From: Nemertoderma westbladi
Lineage: Eukaryota > Animalia > Xenacoelomorpha
Assembly (NCBI GenBank): GCA_032718475.1
Contig: JAUCBJ010006988.1
Location: forward strand, 62,001-126,000
Length of the DNA: 64,000 nt
Direction: 5' to 3'
A program made the translations under genes and the position numbers. The notes below the pieces were generated by a model, which was not told where the DNA came from, did not search any database, and saw only the letters and a list, made by a program, of their open reading frames with translations. This document shows, in pieces, positions 27,181-40,104 of this stretch. Position 1 is the first letter of the stretch, and each line of letters opens with the position of its first letter.

Positions 27181-29859
27181 CTCACAGCTGAATTAGAACT
27201 GCTCACATCTAAGGGAATAATAGAAAGAGTTAGTCATCCAACCGACTGGGTGGCTCCGATTGTTGTTGCTCCAAAAAAAGGCTCTGATAATATACGAATG
27301 TGTGTTGATCTCAGTCAACTAAATCGCCACGTACGCCGTGAACGTTATTGGACACATTCGCCAATGGAGGCTGTAGCAGGAATCCCAACCACTTCCCAGT
27401 GGTACACTGTGATTGACGCTGTTAAGGGCTATCACCAATGTCCACTTGATGATGAGTCAAAAGATCTTACAACTTTCCTCACACCGAATGGGAGATACCG
27501 CTTTCTCAGAGCACCATTTGGAGTTAGTTCAATCAGTGAACACTATAACCGAAGAATGGATGAAGCTTTGGAAGGAATTCAATTCGTGAGAAAAATTGTA
27601 GATGATGTATTGATATTTGGAGCAACCTACGACGAATTAATTAGCCGAACACATGCTGTACTACAAAGATGCCGTGAACGGGGTATCACTCTTTGTCAGA
27701 AAAAGCTTCAATTTGCTCAACAAGAAGTATGTTTTGCTGGCTATGTAATTTCAGGAGGCTCATACCACACAAATCCAGATATCACAACAGCAATAAAATC
27801 ATACCCAACACCCACAAACAGAACAGACATTCGCTCTTTCTTTGGACTTGTAAATCAGGTCTCACCCAAGACATCTGCTATTGAACCTCTCCACCATTTA
27901 CGTGAACTCCTCTCTACAAAGAAAGACTTCATATGGGATGCAACACATGACAAAGCTTTTGCACAAGCCAAAGAAATACTCTCAGAGGCAATATCATTAG
28001 GATTCTTCTCAGCAAACCATGACACCCAATTGATAACAGATGCCTCTAGAATAGGTCTTGGCTATATCCTCCAACAACGTCCTCAAGGAGAGACTGGTGA
28101 GTGGACAACTATACAAGTTGGATCTCGTTTCCTAACAGACACTGAAACAAGATATGCAGTAATAGAACTTGAACTACTTGGCATTGCATGGGCTTGTAAG
28201 AAATTGGATAAATTTGTACAAGGATTAGATTTCACTATTCTTACAGATCATAAGCCTATTGTGCCAATCTTAAACAGTCACCGTTTAGACGAAATAGAGA
28301 ACCCACGCCTCCAACGTCTTCGTCAACATCTTATGCCTTATGCTATTACAGCAAAATGGATAAAGGGGTCTACCAATATTGCAGCAGATGCACTATCACG
28401 AAATCCTGTCAATGGCGATAATCAAACAGTAGATATGGCCGATATTGAACCAATTGATGTGTCTACAAGGATATACGACTCAAATAAATCGCCTTCTATA
28501 CATGAAATCAGACTATTTTCATCCGGCACAAGAGATGAGGATCTGCGAGTTGCTGAGCTGAGAAAATATGCCATTGAGGATGGTGAATACATCCACCTTC
28601 GTGAAATAATCTCCAAAAGTGGTTTTCCAAATACTCCTTCTGAACTGCCAGAGAATATTAGGAAATATTGGAGTGTCCATTCCGATCTCACTGTTGAAGA
28701 TGGTCTTATCCTACTAGGCTGTCGTCTACTAGTCCCAGCAGCTCTTCGTGCAACAGTCTTATCACGGCTCCATGAAGCACATCAAGGTATCACCCGCACA
28801 ACAGAGAGAGCACAGCTGAGTTTGTATTGGCCGGGAATGTTTAATGACATAACCTCATTTATTAGTTCATGTCGCTTCTGTCAAGAGAGATTACCAGCCA
28901 AACCACGGGATCCTCTTATACAAAAGCCATTACCAGAACGACCATTTCAAGAAATAGCCAGTGATCTCGCTATAGTTAGTGGAAAACAATACCTGATCAA
29001 TGTATGCTGCTACAGTGACTGGCCTGAGATACATTGTTTGGGAAATAATTCCACATCCCCTGCAATCATTGACTCTCTAAAAGACTTCTTTGTCCGGACA
29101 TCAGTCCCAGATGTATTTTGGTCTGACAACGGCCCACAATTCAAATGTCATAAAATGAAAGAATTTATGGCTGACTGGGGAATAGAACATAAAACCAGCA
29201 GCCCCCACCATCCACAATCGAATGGAAAAGCAGAAGCAACTGTAAAATCAATGAAAAAGTTAATTCAATCCAACCATAAAGGACACATACTCAATATTGA
29301 CGGTCTAAGACGCGCTCTTCTTTCATACAGAAATACGCCATGTCGCCGCGATGGCCTATCCCCTGCTATGAAACTGTACGGCCGACCAATTCAGGATCGC
29401 CTACCAGCTCACCGTTCTTCCTTCGACCCAAAGTGGATAAAACAACATCGTACAATTGATGAACGAACAACAAATACACAGATGAAGGCTAAAGCATACT
29501 TCGACATACATACACGGCCCAATGACTCATTCAAAATAGGGGCAAATGTTTTAATATGGAATATGATAACCCGTCGGTGGAACTTATCTGGTAGCGTTAT
29601 AGAGGTAATAAACCCACGTAAATACGTTGTTCGAACTACCAGCGGGCGTGTTCTAACACGCAATAGAAAACATCTACATCGCCAACAAATACTACCTGCA
29701 CCCATTCCGGTGAACATCAAACCGCACGTAGATCACTCGGAAAATCCACAACCGATGAACACTATGGGAAAACCAATACATTCTACAACATGTCCACCTC
29801 TGCGTAGAAGTTCTAGACAAGTTCGAAGACCAATACGCTTAATAGAGGAGATGGAATAA
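27181..29859 (+). CDS. pol: RT-RNase H-integrase portion of the gypsy polyprotein
   Basis: RT IVDD, RNase H TDAS/ELE/TDH/ADALSR, integrase HHCC and SDNG...E. Confidence 0.93.
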   Translation, partial: LTAELELLTSKGIIERVSHPTDWVAPIVVAPKKGSDNIRMCVDLSQLNRHVRRERYWTHSPMEAVAGIPTTSQWYTVIDAVKGYHQCPLDDESKDLTTFLTPNGRYRFLRAPFGVSSISEHYNRRMDEALEGIQFVRKIVDDVLIFGATYDELISRTHAVLQRCRERGITLCQKKLQFAQQEVCFAGYVISGGSYHTNPDITTAIKSYPTPTNRTDIRSFFGLVNQVSPKTSAIEPLHHLRELLSTKKDFIWDATHDKAFAQAKEILSEAISLGFFSANHDTQLITDASRIGLGYILQQRPQGETGEWTTIQVGSRFLTDTETRYAVIELELLGIAWACKKLDKFVQGLDFTILTDHKPIVPILNSHRLDEIENPRLQRLRQHLMPYAITAKWIKGSTNIAADALSRNPVNGDNQTVDMADIEPIDVSTRIYDSNKSPSIHEIRLFSSGTRDEDLRVAELRKYAIEDGEYIHLREIISKSGFPNTPSELPENIRKYWSVHSDLTVEDGLILLGCRLLVPAALRATVLSRLHEAHQGITRTTERAQLSLYWPGMFNDITSFISSCRFCQERLPAKPRDPLIQKPLPERPFQEIASDLAIVSGKQYLINVCCYSDWPEIHCLGNNSTSPAIIDSLKDFFVRTSVPDVFWSDNGPQFKCHKMKEFMADWGIEHKTSSPHHPQSNGKAEATVKSMKKLIQSNHKGHILNIDGLRRALLSYRNTPCRRDGLSPAMKLYGRPIQDRLPAHRSSFDPKWIKQHRTIDERTTNTQMKAKAYFDIHTRPNDSFKIGANVLIWNMITRRWNLSGSVIEVINPRKYVVRTTSGRVLTRNRKHLHRQQILPAPIPVNIKPHVDHSENPQPMNTMGKPIHSTTCPPLRRSSRQVRRPIRLIEEME

Positions 29860-30963
29860 AAACTGTTTTCATTCTAAACCTGAATCAATAACTGAACAAT
29901 ACACCGATTCAGGCTGGGGGAGGTGTAGGATAGTGATCACTATCAGTATCAACTGTATGTACATATAAATGTAAACCTATAAGTAACAAGGGAGATTATT
30001 ATTCTAGAACTGAGATGAAAGAACATAGCTACAGTATACGAATATCTTGTATTCTAATATTTACATAATTAAAGTAATACATTAAAATATACTCAATGTC
30101 ACTTCTTTCATTATCATACAGGCCGGAATCAAATTATCGATTCCGGGACATCCCTAATTATAATTAATTATATTTAGGCTAGCGGTCGTCGCTGCCTCCC
30201 CCTCAATGCCCCCGGACAGCGCAAGATCCTCAGCGCTGATGTACTGTCGTCGCTGTGCCTCTCGCCAATGTAGTAGCTACACAACGACAACAATATCCAG
30301 CGAGAGTCACTCCACTGTCCGTCCCAAGTGCTTAGAATTACTTCAGGCAGGTTCTTGCTACAGAGGTAGGGCAACTTTCACAACTGCGACTCGCTACTGT
30401 AAACATACTTTAGTAGTAACATTCACCTATAAATGCACAAATTCCACACAACTGTCACAAATTGTACACATTCGGGCCATTTGTCCGTTAGTCAAGTGCC
30501 TTCCAGAATGCCACGTTATTATTATGTATCCCTGGATACTAGCAGTGTGCTATTTATTCCGTATGTTATTCAATGGTGCAAGCTTTCTATTGTTCTTTTA
30601 ACTCGCTTCTAATTCTAGCGTGGTTGTTGCTATGGTGACATTATGGAAAGCTAGCAGTAGAATTAGGGTAATTCTCATGCATACAGATCTGGGATGCTAT
30701 TTAATAGTAATTCTTTAATTGTCAATATTCCCTTTTATACATGATTTTATTAATTTTATCGGCTATTGACTATATATTGAAGATTCTCGCACACTAATAT
30801 ACTTAATAGGGTGAATCTCTGCTCCCATGATCTATTAATTAATGGAATTTTGGGAATGTTATAAATTGTATAAAATAACAATTTATCAAATTCATCAAAG
30901 GATATGAATTTAAATTTATTCCCGTAAATTTTATTATTTAATATTAAAATAGACACAATTTTC

Positions 30964-31344
30964 TTCCAGAACATGTCTGGGGACTAGGATCCTTAATTCT
31001 AGGAAATTGGTCTTTTTAAGAGTATCGGTAAGTACTACGATATCTTAATCGACTAGAATTTTAAAGGATCTGAATTTTAACAGATTTTGGATTTCTAGAT
31101 TTTCTTGGTTTACAAACTCCTTAGAGTTTATTTGTCTGCCTTTTACTCTATTATAACATTTGTCTTAATAGATTTTATAAATATTTTTTAAATATTTAAT
31201 ATTTAAGATGGGCACCGATTTATTCCAGAACATGTCTGGGGACGTTAACCACTGATTCTAGAATTTTGTCTTTCAAGAATATCGGTGGGTGCCGCGATAT
31301 CTTAATCGACTAGAATTGCAGATGGTCAAAGGGTTTAACAGATT
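30964..31344. ncRNA. Two diverged copies (30964-31088, 31223-31344) of a putative structured cis-RNA element between pol and ORF3
   Basis: Shared CCAGAACATGTCTGG hairpin and nested stems ATTCTAG/CTAGAAT and AAGA.TATCG/CGATATCTT; the outer stem differs in sequence but pairs in both copies. Confidence 0.5.
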
Positions 31345-31875
31345 TATTTTGCGTTTTACGCTACTGTTAAATGGACATAATTCTACTATATGTATTATTT
31401 AATATACGGTATGAGAGCAATATTGCAAGAAGCAATGTCAGTGAGAAGAGGCAAGTCGTTTCCAAGGTCTACCCAGAGCTTGGTTTAGCCGAGACACGAG
31501 GATCTGAACTTTGCATTCCTAATACTCTACTTACCAATAATACTTGAGTATAGTAGGGGCGTTATTTTGTACTTTAATAAGTATGGACATTTCATCTTAC
31601 TGTAGTCACGTATTTATAATATGATACGGACAGTAAGGAAAGAGAAAAAGAATTATTTCTCGCCGTTAAACTTAAAGATATATTGCTAAGTAATTAAGTA
31701 ATAAACACGAATATATATATTGTACTAATCTACTAAATAATCGCTAAAATAATATTCTACTAAATAAAATTAAAGAAAACGATTATAATAATAAAATTAC
31801 GTAATAATACATACATAAATATAAAAATAATAAAAAATATAAAATAATGTAGTCACACACCCACTCCAGACGCTG

Positions 31876-34800
31876 TTACATTGGGGAGTCCCTAAATGTT
31901 TGTTGGATTAGGGAGGTGGTCGTGGGAAGAGTATCTTGCCTTCCATAGTTTCCGGATAGTTCTCTGTCTCTTTCCAGTAAACATAAATGACCAACTGGGC
32001 GATTGAGTTGTTGTGTTTCGAATACAATTCCAGGTTTCTTAAAGTTACGTCGCATGACGATGAGTTCTACCGATCGCACTAAATCATCATCGGATATATG
32101 AGTATCGATGATACGACCTGTCTGCCACTGCTTACGTGGAAGATCTGATTCCACAATAAGGACCATGTCTCTGGCGCTGACGTTTTCTTGCTGCGCAAAC
32201 CACTTGGTTCGAAGTTGTAGCGTAGGCAGATAATGTTTTTCGAAATGGTCAGCGACACGATGGGATAACAACTGCATAAGTTGCCAAGTTTGTCGGCAGT
32301 ATTCGTCTCCGTCCGTGATTTCCGATTGCGGGAGCATGGCTACAGGTTTCTTTAGTAGGAAATGCGCGGGTGTTAGCGCTTCTAGGGAGTCGGGACTCGA
32401 TGAGACTGGCATAAGCGGTCTCTCATTAAGATAGGCGGCGATTTCTTCCATTAACGTCCGCAAAAGTTTGTCCGTGAGATACGCGCGGCAAGGCACTATA
32501 AAGTGAAATGCGGTCTTCACGCTCCTTATTAATCTCTCCCAACTTCCTCCCCACCAAGGGGCATCGGCGGTGTTGAAGGTCCAGCTAGATGCTGTTACCC
32601 TTAGCTGATCGTCCACCTGTCTTTGGTTCCAATCTTTAACGTAAGCTTTGATCTCATTATTGGCGCCAATGAAGTTCGTTCCCTTATCAGATCTCATCGT
32701 GTTGCTAGTTCCAAAGCGAGCGATCTGTCGGCATAAACTCAGTATGAAGCTGTTGGTAGATAGATCGTTCACCATATCTAGATGGATCGCTCTACAAGTC
32801 ATGCAGACAAAGATGACACACCATCGCTTGACTATAGTCCTAGCACAATATACCTCAATAGGGCCAAATAAATCCACACCAGTATTGGTAAAGGGTGGTT
32901 CATAGAAGCTTACTCGTTCCCTAGGTAATTCTGCCTCTCGCTGTGTTAAAGGCCTACTGAATGCTTTCCTACAGGGTATACAGTTCCTAAGAACTTGGTT
33001 CAGAGCTCTACGGGGCTTATGGAAATAATAGCGAGTTCGAATTTCGCTCAGAACTCATTCTCTACCAGCATGGTAAAGCCTACTGTGAACATCTACAATC
33101 ATCTTGATTTGTATTTCAAGATTTCTAATGAGTATGGGAAACTTAGTGTCAAAGGACAATGGATCATTAGTTAGTCTCCCTCCAACACGTATTAACCCAT
33201 CTATCATTGTGCTAGAGAAACGATCCCTTAAGCGCATCTGTGGATTTCTCAACAACAGGAAATACTTATCGGAATCTTCATAGCATTGCAGGAGTCTCAG
33301 TATCTGCTTATTGGTTTCTTCATGCTCTTGGTAACTGATCTTCTCCGTCAGAAACCTATCCGACACTTTGTAAGTGGGAAGATCTTTAATAGCATGGACC
33401 TTTTCGGATATTGTTGGAGCAGTATCATTAGCGACCTTCGTCCTGGAATAGTGATGATGGAAACATCTTTTCAGATACACGATGCCCTTACAAAGCCAAT
33501 TCCAGGAGCTATAATGATTTATCGCTCTCTGCAAAAGAGGTGAGAGTCCTTGCGAGACGTCTGGTGTTCCAGATTTCCAGTCTCTTTCTCTGATTTCTAC
33601 AACAGATTTATTTGTGGCGGGGGAGTTTAGATCCACAGCATCGTCCCCGGAGATGTGTAGTACAGACAGATCTATCACGGGTTTAAATAACTTTGATTTA
33701 CTCGTCCGGGTTTTAGGTTTGACTTTCTCCGTTCCCTTGGCTTGTCTAATCTCAGCCATGGTGAGATGAGGAGGCCGTTCATCCTCTTCTTTACTCAGGA
33801 AGTCGGGTCCACCTAACCAGTCTGGAGTATCTATCAGTTCTTGCGGGGTTGCTCCTCTAGAGGCAATGTCGGCTGGATTAATCGTCCCAGGGCAATGTCT
33901 CCATTGATCTATATTAGAGCGACAGACTGATAGACTTCATTGGTTATGTACTCCAAAATGAGTAAAGCATCAGTCCAATCGACAGTTTTCTCCAGTGGAT
34001 AGTCGATCTGTTCTGTTACATTCCGACCGATGGCTGTAGCGTATAGAGCCGCCTTTAACTCCGCTCGAGGAACTCGTAGTGTGGTGTTTATCAAAGCCTT
34101 AGAGGTGACCAAGGCAACTTTAATTCCATCCGGAGTTTCAACCCTCAGGTAGGCTACTATACCTATTCCCATATCGCTGGCGTCTCCAAACACATGGAGT
34201 TGATAGGAATACGTGGGGAGAACGTGACCAAAATATGAACGGGAAATCGTAAAGTTCTCGAAGGACGGTAGAGAATCTTCCCATTTCATCCACTTCTTTA
34301 GTAGTTCTCCCTGAAGTGGATCATCCCACGAGTGGTTTTCAAGCCACATTTGTTGCACTAAGCTCTGAGCAACCAATATAACTGGACTAATAAATCCCAA
34401 TGGATCGAAATAAGTGCTCAGGATACTTAGACAAATCCGTTTAGTTCTAACTGGATTATCTCGCTGTTTTAACTGGAAAAACTAGATATCTCTCACTGTG
34501 TCCCATTTTAAACCAAGTGTTTTGGTTTCCGGAAGATCGTCCTTGATGAGGTCCAGATCTTTAACACCGCGGTCTTCTACTGGGATCAATTCCAGAAACT
34601 CACGGGACTTACTAGTGAATTTGGTTAGTCGAAATCCACCACGTTGCAAGCACTCTACCATTCCCTAGGCAACATCAATGGCTTCTTCCACTGATGCGAG
34701 GGACTTTAAATTGTCGTCCATGTATATATCCTGTTTGATGTTGTCAATAACCGCTTTAGAGAAGGCGTCTCGGTTGTCATCAGCAGTGGTACGCACTACT

Positions 34801-37800
34801 GAACAAGCGTTCGAGGGGCTCGAGATAATCCCGAAAGCCTAGATGGTCATCCAGTACTCCACCGGTTTTAGGTTGAGATCTCCTTCAGGCCACCATAGAA
34901 ATCGTAGGCTGTCTCGATCCCTATCCAGCGCCTTGACTTGTAAGAACATGCCTTCTATATCTGAAGCGAAAGCGATAGAATATTGCCGTAATCTTAATAG
35001 TATTCCCAACAGTGATTGAAGTAAGTTGGGTCCCGGCAACAATTCGGAGTTCAGGGATTGACCCATGTAAAGGGCGGAGCCGTCGAACACTACCCGGACT
35101 TCGTTGGGTTTACCTGGTTTGGGAATGTAATGATGTGTTAGATAATACGTTCTCTCTGTTATGGGTGTTTCTTCCGGTACTCGCTCCGTGTATCCCTTAT
35201 CGATAAATTTCTTCAGCTAGGTTTTATACATTTCCCTGGCTGAAACATTGGCCGTAAGACGCCGATGTAGTTGCGCGATTCTCTTTTCCACTAAAGGTCG
35301 GTTATTTATAAAGTTGGGTTCTCGCCGTCGGAACGGAAGACCAATCTCATAGCAACCTTAATCTTTTAGAAAACGGGTAGTCGTTTCCTGAATCTGCTTG
35401 GCTCTCTCTTCCTCGATGGACAAGGCCTTGTCGTAGGAATTAGGCTCTACGGCTTCTTGAGTAAAGAATCATATAGCGTGTTCATCGCGAATTTTGTTAT
35501 TGTATCGATCTATCACTTCATTTAATTCGTCGTTGTATGCGAATTGTCCGCCATGATTGATGAGATGGCACAGATTTACTTGGTTTACCCAAGTTTGATT
35601 TTTGGTGAGGAGGTCGATTGTATTTTCCTCTTCATATAATTGGGTGATATCGTCATTGTCTGAGGAGTATGGTGTTCCCTCAGTTGTGGTTTCTCCATCT
35701 CTGATTTCTTCTTCCCATTCACTCACCTGATGTATCCTGTCATTAGGGAGTCTTTCCATTAGGGTTCTATGGGAAGGTCCAGTGAAGTACCAACCTACTC
35801 TCGTTCTTCCCGCGTACGTTTGTAATGGTTGCGGTCGAGCAGGCCATTTTTCTAAGGTCTCAAGCGCTTCGTGCGCATTTTGGCCGATTAATATCTGAAC
35901 TCCTGGGTAATCGGTGTTGAATCTAGGGATATCATGTTGCTGGGTAAAATGGTCTTCATCCCAGTTGTAAGGCTCCACTTGGCTAGTAGCAAAGTTATTT
36001 ATCACCACCATTTTTACCGACCTTACGCTATAATCTCCTAGTTCATCCTGGGGAGTGGGTAGCGCACCCACATAGTAATCTGTAGCTACTGTGGATTTCC
36101 AAACCTGCATAATTCCTGAAAGGTTCAACTTAGTTCGGAACTTGGGTTGTCCAGCAAAGATGTCTTCGGCTAGTTCTTTGTCAATAAATGTACCAGTGCT
36201 GCCGGAGTCAAGGAGGGCGTTTACTATGAGACTCTTCCCTAGCCCATGGACTCTCAACTGCACAACAGGAAATTCCCGGATTCCGAAGGAGGAAGTTGGC
36301 GCCTTCCAAGATGATTGTCAGTCCGGAATAGTCAGTCGAGGCTCTTCATTGTCCGTTTCATACGTAAGTGCTCGATACACCGCGATGTTTATCATATAAC
36401 AGAATTCGTTTTCGTCGGAGAATTCGTCCGTGTAGAATCCTTCCATCTCAGAGCTGTGGTCAGTGTCGTTCACATCACTGAATTGGACATGTAGTTCGGG
36501 CTCACTTACCTGACTTTTGCAGGTTCTGTCAAATTCTGTGTGCAGCAAGATATGATGTTTCGCGCCGCACTTAGCACACCTAGCATCTGAGTAACAGGTC
36601 CACCGTTGGTGTCCTCGTCTGAGGCAATTATAACACAACTGCTTATCCCACATGACATCACGTCTATCCTTAAGGGATTTCTTCAAGAATTCATCACACC
36701 CACTTAATCGATGGGGCCCGTCGCACAATGCACATTTGGGTTTGATATTGCTTTCTTCCATGAATTCTCTTAGGAGACATAGGAGGAGTTGTTACCTGTT
36801 CTCTCCTGTCACTGGTTCGAGACTTAAATTTACTTACGTCTTTTCTTGGTTTGTTGACATAATAAGATCTTACGGTGTCTTTCCCGCTGTTCTCCTCGTA
36901 TGAGGTTTGGCTTTCGCGTTGTCTGTATAACACACTGGTGTTACTTTTCTCCTAGAAATGGGTTTTTCACTCACCTTATTTTCAGGTGTCTTCTCTCGGG
37001 ACTGCTTTAGGAGCTGTAATCTTACCTCTCCATTTAAGAATGACATGAGATCAACCATGGTAGGGTCCCTTTGTTGCTGGTCCATCATATAGAGAACTCT
37101 TTTGTCCCAACGCGTACCTACTCCACCTTTTGGCAAAGTAGATGCTACAGCTCCAACAACCATAGAACTCTGATATTCCTGAGACTTACCTAGCCAATCT
37201 AACTGTCTACAGATCTCCTGGATCTCATCGGAAAATTCTATAATCCCGCTGCTAAGAAACTTTCGGGGCGCTCCTAATTTCGCATACAAATACCTAGCTA
37301 TGTTAGTCCTATTACCATACCTGATGTTTAGTGTATCCCAAACTTGTCTTAATCCATCTGGATGTCCAATAAACTTTAACGCCATTAACTTGGGAGGTCC
37401 TTCCAGGCACTCGATGAGGAATCTAAGTTTCTCTCCGTTGGATAGTACAGAGTTCTGTATGTTATCTTTATAATATTCATTAAAAGGTAACCATTTTACC
37501 GCTTGGCGAGTTTCGGTTCTAGCCATTTGACGTGTAAAACTTTCTTAAGCCATCGTATTATTTAATATCGAGTTATCAGTATATAAATTTCTCGGATTAT
37601 GGTCAGATCTATATGGGATATCATTGTCAACAGGTTTATAATTACCCTTAATAGGGTTTAATATAGGAGTTTCTACTTCACTAGCAGTATAGATGTGTGT
37701 AGGCTCCACTCCTTGCGCATGAAATACTTCAGACCTAACAGGTTGACACATTGTTACAGGGGATGGTGGTATACCCATTTGTATATTTACTAATTTATCG

Positions 37801-39900
37801 CTCTCTAAAGCGATACTCTGCTGCACTTCTTGCAACTCTAACCTACTCTCTCTTACTGTTCCCTTTAACTGCTGAACAGTCCCTTCCAACTCTCGGACCT
37901 GCTGGGAAGAATGTAATTTATGTTCTTCCAGCTGCCCGAGCAGGCGATCCATCCCCCGCCGTCCCTCGTCTACCCACTCAACCGCCGAAGCGGGAGCCGC
38001 CAACATAGTAGTGGGGTGACGCGTAGGGACGACGGGCGACAAATCATTTATGTCTTGCTCGGCGTCCAGGACCGGGAGTGATTCAGGGGCTGGTCTACTG
38101 GGCACAGGTAGTTTAGTACTGTGCAAAGGGAATTTAGAGTTAGGTTCTGTAAGTATAGGGGTCTGTATCACTGGAGTGACTTCAATGACAGGCCTAATTA
38201 TTTCGGGCTCATCTACTATAGTAGGGAGTCTGTCTACTCTAATAATTTGGTCTGTGGGTTCAGAATTACCTAAGTCTACACTAGCCAGTTGCCTTCTCAC
38301 CGCAGGAGGTAAATTAGGTAACTTCTGACGGTGTGGCGTTCTTCTACGTCCACTTGAACGAGCTTTATTACCTCTACCTTCGGGATCTGTTGTATCGCCC
38401 TCATCGGAGGAGGTAAATCCCTGTCTTCTGGGAGTAGATCGACTCAGTAACTGCATCTGAGTAGCTGTCCTTTGTTTCTTCAAGTAATCTTGTTTCGCCT
38501 GAAGGTTCTCCAGCTCTAGTTGGGTAGTCGCTTCAGACGCTTTCAGTTCTGCTTCTGCCACTGCCGCCTTTCTTTCAGCCTCTGCAGCTAACACCTTTCT
38601 CTCAGATTCTGCCGCTGCTGCTGACCTTCGGTCTTCTATTTGCCGTTTCTTTAATTGTTCTTCTTGATCCATTGTCATGAGGATGCTTTCATCAAATTTA
38701 GCCTGCTCCGCGGCTAATATTTCCGCATCTAACGAGTCCAACACAAATTTGGCTCCCTCACTATTAGGATGAAGTCCAGCTAGCCGTCTCCTTAGCTCTT
38801 TGTCACCTATAAATCGTTGATAGTCCGACAGATAGATGTCAATAGCATCCTTCTTCTGAGGTTTTTCGGATGTAGCTTCGCCTTCCACTTGAGAAAAGGT
38901 AGCGTCTGTTGATTCTCCGTGGGTTGCGCGCTCAGTTAGCTGAACTTTCCATTGTGTCGTTCCCTGGACTTTAAGACTCACCCGTTGGAACCAGGTCTTT
39001 ACGGCAACTTGCAACGACGTGTCTTGGCTTCTCTTCGAGGCTTCCTCAAAGGCTGAAAGGATTAGTCTGATCCGTAAGATTCGTTCTCGAACTTGATAAA
39101 GCAGCTCTCCCTGCTCTTGAGGTCCTTGACGTTGTTGAAACAGGTGTTCCTCTAATCGCTCCAAAGAGCTGAAGAATCCCTGGACATATCCTGCTGCCGA
39201 CCTCTTCCACACAGCTGGATCTCGAGTGTCCCTTACTACTCCCATCCTGTATAAGTCTTCCCAGGCAGCTTCTGATAAGTTGAAAGGGAGTCCGGGTCCA
39301 GGGAAGTTCCATTGCGTCTCGACAATAGACCTCAGTTCCTCCATCGTGTATCCCGCATAACTGTCCCTGGTCGATCGCTTACTTCTCGCCCAATCGATTT
39401 GATGTTCTTCCACAGCGATCAATACTCTAGTGAGTACGGCCCCAGGAAGAATTAGAAGTGGATCCGGATAAACCACTTCTGTCATCCTTGCTCCGATTTT
39501 GGGTGTCAACTCTACAGTGTCTGAACTACTGGAGTTATCGGGCTGTTGAGAAATAAGTTCTCGGTTAGGGTGCTGCTGCAGTTTAACAGCTGCCTCTTGG
39601 TCCCGCTTGACTTGAGCCCTAGTGCCTATAATAGACCTATGGTGCTTTACTAGCCTAGGGTCTGACACTACTACTGTAGGGATGACCTTTCTTACAGTAG
39701 GAGGGGACTTGGACTTTGGTCTCAGATGTTCTATACTCTTATCTGAGTCGCAGACTGTTCTTTCTAGGAGACTATCTGACAGTGTTTGCTTTGTGTTCGC
39801 GGTATTTCAACTTTTCTTAACGCGAGTTGAATATTTTTTGGATTTATTTAAAATGAATATTCCGATATCACTACTGGGTGCGGGAACATGGGATTTGGGC
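31876..39900 (-). pseudogene. Bel/Pao gag-pol polyprotein with many stops and frameshifts
   Basis: Gag core (EKLRFLIECLEG), triple knuckle CALCDGPH / CYNCLRRGH / CAKCGAKHHILLH, protease LLDSGS, RT GPNLL and YMDD (34713-34724), RNase H FGDAS and PRAEL, integrase DLFGP, SDKGTNF, GGSWERL. The start codon is uncertain. Confidence 0.93.
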
Positions 39901-40104
39901 ACATTCAATGGACTGGGGGCGATTTATGGGCGAATATTGGGGCGACTTATGGGGTACGGGACTCATTTTATGTATTTAAGGGCCAGGGGTGGGAGGCAAA
40001 GTTAAGCAGTATTCAGGTTTCTCTGATTACTATTAGGCCTAGCCAACTTCCTGCTGCCTGTAGAGGTGGATTTGGTAACTCGCTAGGTCTAAAGGACAAG
40101 GACT

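Larger units (their letters stand above)
25265..30120 (+). mobile_element. Ty3/gypsy LTR retrotransposon, Mag-clade-like, recent insertion
   Basis: 197-bp LTRs 25265-25461 and 29924-30120 with one mismatch seen; TG...CA ends; 5-bp duplication GGCCG; PBS TGGCGCTGCGAG at 25462 (tRNA-Ser-like, inferred); PPT GGGGGAGG at 29916-29923. Confidence 0.97.
23558..30156. mobile_element. Non-autonomous hAT element
   Basis: 17-bp TIR TAGGGATGTCCCGGAAT / ATTCCGGGACATCCCTA; 8-bp target duplication ATTATAAT (23550-23557, 30157-30164); CCGGAATT subterminal repeats. Confidence 0.92.

Noticed and set aside
27160-27185. Programmed gag-pol frameshift
   Set aside because: Lies after the protease, lacks a slippery sequence and has stops in both frames
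30165-30601. Short ORFs between pol and the hAT insertion
   Set aside because: Multiple stops in each candidate frame and no motif
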